Shown: piece after piece, positions 14,440-25,300 of the stretch
Layout of the letters: every line of letters begins with the position of its first letter
Numbering within the stretch: position 1 is the stretch's first letter
NCBI GenBank assembly: GCA_964016885.1
Contig: OZ024757.1
Location: forward strand, 1,364,001 to 1,428,000
DNA from: Eledone cirrhosa
Taxonomy: Eukaryota
Length of the DNA: 64,000 bases
Direction: 5' to 3'
The notes under the pieces: generated by a model
What the model was told of the DNA's origin: nothing
Databases searched by the model: none
The model's input: the letters and a program-made list of their open reading frames with translations, nothing else
Made by a program: the position numbers and the translations under genes

Positions 14440-14825
14440 GTATTTGATACAACTGTGGCAAACTCATATACAATCAGTGACCTCCCACCCTGGGACTCAC
14501 ACCATGGCGGAGACATCAATGGGGCACACAACATAGAGGGAAAGCCCTGTGACCCCCACCCTTGGACACACACCATAGAGGGGAACAACAGGGGTTCCCA
14601 CCGTGGGACACACACCATAGAGGGGACATCAGTAATTCCCACCCTGGAACACACACCATACTGAGGTACATCAATCACCCCCACTCCAAGACACATGCCA
14701 TACATATATATACTAGCAGTTATTCCCACCGTGGGCCACACACCATACAGGGGAACAATTTGAATATGGTGTTAATGAGAGCAAACTTCAGGTTTTACCT
14801 TATTACTTTTACACCAAGGAAACTT
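14440..14825. other. Non-satellite junction between the two large arrays
   Basis: This is the only sequence in the window not made of the 32- or 72-bp monomers. It comprises ~35 bp unique sequence, ~285 bp of minisatellite and ~67 bp AT-rich unique sequence. Confidence 0.95.
14475..14758. repeat. Diverged ~42-bp minisatellite, 6-7 copies (approx. consensus CCCACCSTGGGACACACACCATAGAGGGGACATCAGTRAYY)
   Basis: CCCAC unit starts at 14484, 14555, 14597, 14638, 14680 and 14725 (spacings 71 with a truncated unit inside, 42, 41, 42, 45). Each is followed by a CACACCAT-like motif. Confidence 0.88.
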
Positions 14826-16429
14826 TGGTAGACATTACTGTCATAACCTCTTGTCTCACCTCCACCACATGATATTATACATCTGGCACCACCTATATGG
14901 TAGACAGTACTGTCAGAAACTCCTGCCTCACCTCCACCACATTTTATTGTACATCTGGTACCATCTATATGGTACACATTACTATCAGAAACTCCTGTCT
15001 CGCCTCCACCACATGATATTGTACATTTGGCACCACCTATATGGTAGACATTACTGTCATAAACTCCTGTCTCACCTCCTCCACATGTTATTATACATCT
15101 GGCACCACCTATATGGTAGACATTACTGTCAGAAACTCCTGTCTCACATTTATCACATGTTATTGTACATCTGGCTCCACCTATATGGTACACATTACTG
15201 TCAGAAACTCCTGTCTCACCTCCACCACATGATATTGTACATCTGGCACCACCTATATGGTAGACATTACTATCAGAAACTCCTGTCTCACCTCCTCTAC
15301 ATGATATTGTACATCTGGCACCACCTATATGGTACATATTACTGTCAGATATTGTACATCTGGCACCACCTATATGGTAGACATTACTGTCAGAACCTCT
15401 TGTCTCACGTCCACCACATGATATTGTACAACTGGCACCACCTATAAGGTATACATCACTGCCAGAAACACCTGTCTCACCTCCACCACATGTTATTGTA
15501 CATCTGGCACCACCTATATGGTAGACATCACTGTCAGAAACTCTTGTCTCACCTCCAGCACATGATATTGTACATCTGGCACCAGCTATATGGTAGACAT
15601 CACTGTCAGAAACTCCTGTCTCACCTCCACCACATGATATTGTACATCTGGCACCACCTATATGGTACACATTACTGTCAGAAACTCCTGTCTCACTTCC
15701 ACCACATGATATTGTACATCTGGCACCACCTATATGGTAGACATTACTGTCAGAAACTCCTGTCTCACCTCCACCACATGATATTGTACATCTGGCACCA
15801 CATATATGGTAGACAGTACTGTCAGAAACTCCTGTCTCACATCCACCAAATGTATATTGTATATCTGGCACCACCTATATGGTAGACATTACTGTCAGAA
15901 ACTCCTGTCTCACCTCCTCCACATGATATTGTACATCTGGCACCACCTATATGGTAGATATTACTGTCAGAAACTCCTGTCTCACCTCCACCACATGTTA
16001 TTGTACATCTGGCACCACCTATTTGGTAGACATCACTGTCAGAAACTCCTGTCTCGTCTCCACCACATGATATTGTACATCTAGCATCACCTATATGGTA
16101 GACATCACTTTCAGAAACTCCTGTCTCACCTCCACCACATGATATTGTACATCTGGCACCACCTATATGGTACACATTACTGTCAGAAACTCCTGTCTCA
16201 CATCCTCCACATGATATTGTACATCTGGCACCACCTATATTGTAGACATTACTGTCAGAAACTCCTGTCTCACTTCCGCCACATGATATGGTACATCTGG
16301 CACCACCTATATTGTAGACAGTACTGTCAGAAACTCCTGTCTCACTTCCACCACATGATATTGTACATCTGGCACCACCTATATGGTACACATTACTGTC
16401 AGAAACTCCTGTCTCACCTCCACCACATG

Positions 16430-19130
16430 ATATTGTACATCTGGCACCACCTATATGGTACACATTACTGTCAGAAACTCCTGTCTCACCTCCACCACAT
16501 GATATTGTACATCTGGCACCACCTATATGGTTAACATTACTGTCAGGAAATCCTGTCTCACCTCCACCACATGATATCATACATCTGGCACCACCTATAT
16601 GGTACACATTACTGTCACAAACTCCTGTCTCACCTCCACCACATGATATTGTACATCTGGCACCACCTATATGGTACACATTATTGTCAGAAACTCCTGT
16701 CTCACCTCCACCACATGATATTGTACATCTGGTACCACCTATATGGTAGCCATTACTGTCAGAAACTCCTGTCTCACATTCTCCACATCTGGAACTAACT
16801 ATATGTTACACATTACTATCAGAAACTCCTGTCTCACCTCCACCACATGATATTGTACATCTGGCACCACCTATATGGTAGCCATTACTGTCAGAAACTC
16901 CTGTCTCACCTCCACCACATGATATTGTATATCTGGCACCACCTATATGGTAGACATCCCTGCCAGAAACTCTTGTCTCACCTCCACCACATGTTATTGT
17001 ACATCTGGCACCACCTATATGGTAGATATCACTGCCAGAAACTCCTGTCTCACCTCCACCACATGTTATTGTACATCTGGCACCACCTATATGGTAGACA
17101 TCACTGTCAGAAACTCCTGTCTCACCTCCACCACATGATATTGTACATTTGGCACCACCTATATGGTAGACAGTACTGTCAGAAACTCCTGTCTCACCTC
17201 CACCACATGTTATTGTACATCTGGCACCACCTATATGGTACACATTACTGTCAGAAACTCCGTCTCACCTCCACCACATGATATTGTACATCTGGCACCA
17301 CCTATATGGTACACATTACTGTCAGAAACTCCTGTCTCACCTCCACCACATGATATTGTACATTTGGCACCACCTATATGGTAGCCATTAGTGTCAGAAA
17401 CTCCTGTCTCACCTCCACCACATGATATTGTACATCTGGCACCACCTATATGGAGACATCACTGCCAGAAACTCCTGTCTCACCTCCACCACATGTTATT
17501 GTACATCTAGGACCACCTATATGGTAGACATCACTGCCAGAAACTCCTGTCTCACCTCCACCACATGTTATTGTACATCTAGCATCACCTATATGGTAGA
17601 CATCACTTTCAGAAACTCCTGTCTCACCTCCACCACATGATATTGTACATCTGGCACCACCTATATGGTACACATTACTGTCAGAAACTCCTGTCTCACA
17701 TCCTCCACATGATATTGTACATCTGGCACCACCTATATTGTAGACATTACTGTCAGAAACTCCTGTCTCACTTCCGCCACATGATATGGTACATCTGGCA
17801 CCACCTATATTGTAGACAGTACTGTCAGAAACTCCTGTCTCACTTCCACCACATGATATTGTACATCTGGCACCACCTATATGGTACACATTACTGTCAG
17901 AAACTCCTGTCTCACCTCCACCACATGATATTGTACATCTGGCACCACCTATATGGTTAACATTACTGTCAGAAAATCCTGTCTCACCTCCACCACATGA
18001 TATCATACATCTGGCACCACCTATATGGTACACATTACTGTCACAAACTCCTGTCTCACCTCCACCACATGATATTGTACATCTGGCACCACCTATATGG
18101 TACACATTATTGTCAGAAACTCCTGTCTCACCTCCACCACATGATATTGTACATCTGGTACCACCTATATGGTAGCCATTACTGTCAGAAACTCCTGTCT
18201 CACATTCTCCACATCTGGAACTAACTATATGTTACACATTACTATCAGAAACTCCTGTCTCACCTCCACCACATGATATTGTACATCTGGCACCACCTAT
18301 ATGGTAGCCATTACTGTCAGAAACTCCTGTCTCACCTCCACCACATGATATTGTATATCTGGCACCACCTATATGGTAGACATCCCTGCCAGAAACTCTT
18401 GTCTCACCTCCACCACATGTTATTGTACATCTGGCACCACCTATATGGTAGATATCACTGCCAGAAACTCCTGTCTCACCTCCACCACATGTTATTGTAC
18501 ATCTGGCACCACCTATATGGTAGACATCACTGTCAGAAACTCCTGTCTCACCTCCACCACATGATATTGTACATTTGGCACCACCTATATGGTAGACAGT
18601 ACTGTCAGAAACTCCTGTCTCACCTCCACCACATGTTATTGTACATCTGGCACCACCTATATGGTACACATTACTGTCAGAAACTCCGTCTCACCTCCAC
18701 CACATGATATTGTACATCTGGCACCACCTATATGGTACACATTACTGTCAGAAACTCCTGTCTCACCTCCACCACATGATATTGTACATTTGGCACCACC
18801 TATATGGTAGCCATTAGTGTCAGAAACTCCTGTCTCACCTCCACCACATGATATTGTACATCTGGCACCACCTATATGGAGACATCACTGCCAGAAACTC
18901 CTGTCTCACCTCCACCACATGTTATTGTACATCTAGGACCACCTATATGGTAGACATCACTGCCAGAAACTCCTGTCTCACCTCCACCACATGTTATTGT
19001 ACATCTAGCATCACCTATATGGTAGACATCACTTTCAGAAACTCCTGTCTCACCTCCACCACATGATATTGTACATCTGGCACCACCTATATGGTACACA
19101 TTACTGTCAGAAACTCCTGTCTCACATCCT
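16430..19130. repeat. 1426-bp (20-monomer) higher-order repeat, about two copies
   Basis: Identical ORF-track entries at offset 1426 (16806/18232, 16847/18273, 17422/18848). 1426 = 20 x 72 - 12 - 1 - 1, matching one 60-bp and two 71-bp monomers. Confidence 0.9.
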
Positions 19131-22100
19131 TCACATGATATTGTACATCTGGCACCACCTATATTGTAGACATTACTGTCAGAAACTCCTGTCTCACTTC
19201 CGCCACATGATATTGTACATCTGGCACCACCTATATTGTAGACAGTACTGTCAGAAACTCCTGTCTCACTTCCACCACATGATATTTTACATCTGGCACC
19301 ACCTATATGGTACACATTACTGTCAGAAACTCCTGTCTCACCTCCACCACATGTTATTGTACATCTGGCACCACCTATATAGTAGACATTCCTGTCTCAC
19401 CTCCATCACATGTTATTGTACATCTGGCACCACCTATATGGTAGACATTACTGTCAGAAACTCCTGTCTCACCTCCACCACATGTTATTGTACATCTGGC
19501 ACCACCTATATGGAAGACACTCCTGTCAGAAACACCTGTCTCACTTCCTCAACATGATATTGTACATCTGGCACCACCTATATGGTAGACATTCCTGTCA
19601 GAAACTCCTATCTCCCCTCATCCACATGTTATTGTATATCTGGTACCACCTATATGGTAGACATCCCTGCCAGAAACTCTTGTCTCACCTCCACCACATG
19701 TTATTGTACATCTGGCACCACCTATATGGTAGATATCACTGCCAGAAACTCCTGTCTCACCTCCACCACATGTTATTGTACATCTGGCACCACCTATATG
19801 GTAGACATCACTGTCAGAAACTCCTGTCTCACCTCCACCACATGATATTGTACATTTGGCACCACCTATATGGTAGACAGTACTGTCAGAAACTCCTGTC
19901 TCACCTCCACCACATGTTATTGTACATCTGGCACCACCTATATGGTACACATTACTGTCAGAAACTCCGTCTCACCTCCACCACATGATATTGTACATCT
20001 GGCACCACCTATATGGTACACATTACTGTCAGAAACTCCTGTCTCACCTCCACCACATGATATTGTACATTTGGCACCACCTATATGGTAGCCATTAGTG
20101 TCAGAAACTCCTGTCTCACCTCCACCACATGATATTGTACATCTGGCACCACCTATATGGAGACATCACTGCCAGAAACTCCTGTCTCACCTCCACCACA
20201 TGTTATTGTACATCTAGGACCACCTATATGGTAGACATCACTGCCAGAAACTCCTGTCTCACCTCCACCACATGTTATTGTACATCTAGCATCACCTATA
20301 TGGTAGACATCACTTTCAGAAACTCCTGTCTCACCTCCACCACATGATATTGTACATCTGGCACCACCTATATGGTACACATTACTGTCAGAAACTCCTG
20401 TCTCACATCCTCCACATGATATTGTACATCTGGCACCACCTATATTGTAGACATTACTGTCAGAAACTCCTGTCTCACTTCCGCCACATGATATGGTACA
20501 TCTGGCACCACCTATATTGTAGACAGTACTGTCAGAAACTCCTGTCTCACTTCCACCACATGATATTGTACATCTGGCACCACCTATATGGTACACATTA
20601 CTGTCAGAAACTCCTGTCTCACCTCCACCACATGATATTGTACATCTGGCACCACCTATATGGTTAACATTACTGTCAGAAAATCCTGTCTCACCTCCAC
20701 CACATGATATCATACATCTGGCACCACCTATATGGTACACATTACTGTCACAAACTCCTGTCTCACCTCCACCACATGATATTGTACATCTGGCACCACC
20801 TATATGGTACACATTATTGTCAGAAACTCCTGTCTCACCTCCACCACATGATATTGTACATCTGGTACCACCTATATGGTAGCCATTACTGTCAGAAACT
20901 CCTGTCTCACATTCTCCACATCTGGAACTAACTATATGTTACACATTACTATCAGAAACTCCTGTCTCACCTCCACCACATGATATTGTACATCTGGCAC
21001 CACCTATATGGTAGCCATTACTGTCAGAAACTCCTGTCTCACCTCCACCACATGATATTGTATATCTGGCACCACCTATATGGTAGACATCCCTGCCAGA
21101 AACTCTTGTCTCACCTCCACCACATGTTATTGTACATCTGGCACCACCTATATGGTAGATATCACTGCCAGAAACTCCTGTCTCACCTCCACCACATGTT
21201 ATTGTACATCTGGCACCACCTATATGGTAGACATCACTGTCAGAAACTCCTGTCTCACCTCCACCACATGATATTGTACATTTGGCACCACCTATATGGT
21301 AGACAGTACTGTCAGAAACTCCTGTCTCACCTCCACCACATGTTATTGTACATCTGGCACCACCTATATGGTACACATTACTGTCAGAAACTCCGTCTCA
21401 CCTCCACCACATGATATTGTACATCTGGCACCACCTATATGGTACACATTACTGTCAGAAACTCCTGTCTCACCTCCACCACATGATATTGTACATTTGG
21501 CACCACCTATATGGTAGCCATTAGTGTCAGAAACTCCTGTCTCACCTCCACCACATGATATTGTACATCTGGCACCACCTATATGGAGACATCACTGCCA
21601 GAAACTCCTGTCTCACCTCCACCACATGTTATTGTACATCTAGGACCACCTATATGGTAGACATCACTGCCAGAAACTCCTGTCTCACCTCCACCACATG
21701 TTATTGTACATCTAGCATCACCTATATGGTAGACATCACTTTCAGAAACTCCTGTCTCACCTCCACCACATGATATTGTACATCTGGCACCACCTATATG
21801 GTACACATTACTGTCAGAAACTCCTGTCTCACATCCTTCACATGATATTGTACATCTGGCACCACCTATATTGTAGACATTACTGTCAGAAACTCCTGTC
21901 TCACTTCCGCCACATGATATTGTACATCTGGCACCACCTATATTGTAGACAGTACTGTCAGAAACTCCTGTCTCACTTCCACCACATGATATTTTACATC
22001 TGGCACCACCTATATGGTACACATTACTGTCAGAAACTCCTGTCTCACCTCCACCACATGTTATTGTACATCTGGCACCACCTATATAGTAGACATTCCT

Positions 22101-22370
22101 GTCTCACCTCCATCACATGTTATTGTACATCTGGCACCACCTATATGGTAGACATTACTGTCAGAAACTCCTGTCTCACCTCCACCACATGTTATTGTAC
22201 ATCTGGCACCACCTATATGGAAGACACTCCTGTCAGAAACACCTGTCTCACTTCCTCAACATGATATTGTACATCTGGCACCACCTATATGGTAGACATT
22301 CCTGTCAGAAACTCCTATCTCCCCTCATCCACATGTTATTGTATATCTGGTACCACCTATATGGTAGACA
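16950..22370. repeat. 2707-bp (38-monomer) tandem duplication
   Basis: Offsets 17446/20153, 18232/20939 and 19063/21770 are all 2707. 38 x 72 - 29 fits the variants present (-12, -13, 4 x -1). Confidence 0.88.
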
Positions 22371-25300
22371 TCACTGTCAGAAACTCCGGTCTCACCTCCA
22401 CTACATGATATTGTACATCTGGCACCACCTATATGGTACACATTACTGTCAGAAACTCCTGTCTCACCTCCACCTCATGATATTGTACATCTGGCACCAC
22501 CTATATGGTTAACATTACTGTCAGAAAATCCTGTCTCACCTCCACCACATGATATCATACATCTGGCACCACCTATATGGTACACATTACTGTCACAAAC
22601 TCCTGTCTCATCTCCACCACATGATATTGTACATCTGGCACCACCTATATGGTACACATTATTGTCAGAAACTCCTGTCTCACCTCCACCACATGATATT
22701 GTACATCTGGTACCACCTATATGGTAGCCATTACTGTCAGAAACTCCTGTCTCACCTACTCCACATGATATTGTACATCTGGAACTACCTATATGTTAGA
22801 CATTACTATCAGAAACTCCTGTCTCACATCCACCACATGATATTGTACATCTGGCACCACCTATATGGTAGCCATTACTGTCAGAAACTCCTGTCTCACC
22901 TCCACCACATGATATTGTACATTTGGCACCACCTATATGGTAGCCATTAGTGTCAGAAACTCCTGTCTCACCTCCACCACATGATATTGTACATCTGGCA
23001 CCACCTATATGGAGACATCACTTCCAGAAACTCCTGTCTCACCTCCACCACATGTTATTGTACATCTAGGACCACCTATATGGTAGACATCACTGCCAGA
23101 AACTCCTGTCTCACCTCCACCACATGTTATTGTACATCTAGCATCACCTATATGGTAGACATCACTTTCAGAAACTCCTGTCTCACCTCCACCACATGAT
23201 ATTGTACAACTGGCACCACCTATATGGTACACATTACTGTCAGAAACTCCTGTCTCACATCCTCCACATGATATTGTACATCTGGCACCACCTATATTGT
23301 AGACATTACTGTCAGAAACTCCTGTCTCACTTCCGCCACATGATATTGTACATCTGGCACCACCTATATTGTAGACAGTACTGTCAGAAACTCCTGTCTC
23401 ACTTCCACCACATGATATTTTACATCTGGCACCACCTATATGGTACACATTACTGTCAGAAACTCCTGTCTCACCTCCACCACATGTTATTGTACATCTG
23501 GCACCACCTATATAGTAGACATTCCTGTCTCCCCTCCATCACATGTTATTGTACATCTGGCACCACCTATATGGAAGACATTCCTGTCAGAAACACCTGT
23601 CTCACTTCCTCAACATGATATTGTACATCTGGCACCACCTATATAGTAGACATTCCTGTCAGAAACTCCTGTCTCCCCTCCTCCACATGTTATTGTATAT
23701 CTGGTACCACCTATATGGTAGACATCACTGTCAGAAACTCCGGTCTCACCTCCACCACATGATATTGTACATCTGGCACCACCTATATGGTACACATTAT
23801 TGTCAGAAACTCCTGTCTCACCTCCACCACATGATATTGTACATCTGGTACCACCTATATGGTAGCCATTACTGTCAGAAACTCCTGTCTCACCTTCTCC
23901 ACATGATATTGTACATCTGGAACTACCTATATGTTAGACATTACTATCAGAAACTCCTGTCTCACCTCCACCACATGATATTGTACATCTGGCACCACCT
24001 ATATGGTAGCCATTACTGTCAGAAACTCCTGTCTCACCTCCACCACATGATATTGTATATCTGGCACCACCTATATGGTAGACATCCCTGCCAGAAACTC
24101 TTGTCTCACCTCCACCACATGTTATTGTACATCTGGCACCACCTATATGGTAGATATCACTGCCAGAAACTCCTGTCTCACCTCCACCACATGTTATTGT
24201 ACATCTGGCACCACCTATATGGTAGACATCACTGTCAGAAACTCCTGTCTCACCTCCACCACATGATATTGTACATTTGGCACCACCTATATGGTAGACA
24301 GTACTGTCAGAAACTCCTGTCTCACCTCCACCACATGTTATTCTACATCTGGCACCACCTATATGGTACACATTACTGTCAGAAACTCCGTCTCACCTCC
24401 ACCACATTATATTGTACATCTGGCACCACCATTTTTCTGGTACACATTACTGTCAGAAACTCCTGTCTCACCTCCACAACATGATATTGTACATTTGGCA
24501 CCACCTATATGGTAGCCATTAGTGTCAGAAACTCCTGTCTCACCTCCACCACATGATATTGTACATCTGGCACCACCTATATGGAGACATCACTGCCAGA
24601 AACTCCTGTCTCACCTCCACCACATGTTATTGTACATCTAGGACCACCTATATGGTAGACATCACTGCCAGAAACTCCTGTCTCACCTCCACCACATGTT
24701 ATTGTACATCTGGCACCACCTATATGGTAGATATCACTGCCAGAAACTCCTGTCTCACCTCCACCACATGTTATTGTACATCTGGCACCACCTATATGGT
24801 AGACATCACTGTCAGAAACTCCTGTCTCACCTCCACCACATGATATTGTACATTTGGCACCACCTATATGGTAGACAGTACTGTCAGAAACTCCTGTCTC
24901 ACCTCCACCACATGTTATTGTACATCTGGCACCACCTATATGGTACACATTACTGTCAGAAACTCCGTCTCACCTCCACCACATGATATTGTACATCTGG
25001 CACCACCTATATGGTACACATTACTGTCAGAAACTCCTGTCTCACCTCCACCACATGATATTGTACATTTGGCACCACCTATATGGTAGCCATTAGTGTC
25101 AGAAACTCCTGTCTCACCTCCACCACATGATATTGTACATCTGGCACCACCTATATGGAGACATCACTGCCAGAAACTCCTGTCTCACCTCCACCACATG
25201 TTATTGTACATCTAGGACCACCTATATGGTAGACATCACTGCCAGAAACTCCTGTCTCACCTCCACCACATGTTATTGTACATCTAGCATCACCTATATG

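Noticed and set aside
2534-14741. Giant minus-strand ORFs (3747, 3533, 2166 aa) as real genes
   Set aside because: All three frames give the same peptide, and openness follows from the monomer lacking TTA/CTA/TCA. The unit length is not a multiple of 3, starts are arbitrary GTG/TTG-type codons, and there is no non-repetitive domain.
14455-14831. Short ORFs (69 and 89 aa) or a micro-exon in the junction, including a minus-strand AG|GTAAAA donor-like site near 14795
   Set aside because: The ORFs mostly translate the 42-bp minisatellite, show no recognisable homology, and have no convincing paired splice signals. Transcript data would be needed.
14900-14915. Perfect 12-bp palindrome variant GACAGTACTGTC and other short dyads (TGTACA) as structured RNA or terminator
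   Set aside because: The stems are too short, are present only in a minority of monomers, and have no tRNA, ribozyme or terminator architecture.
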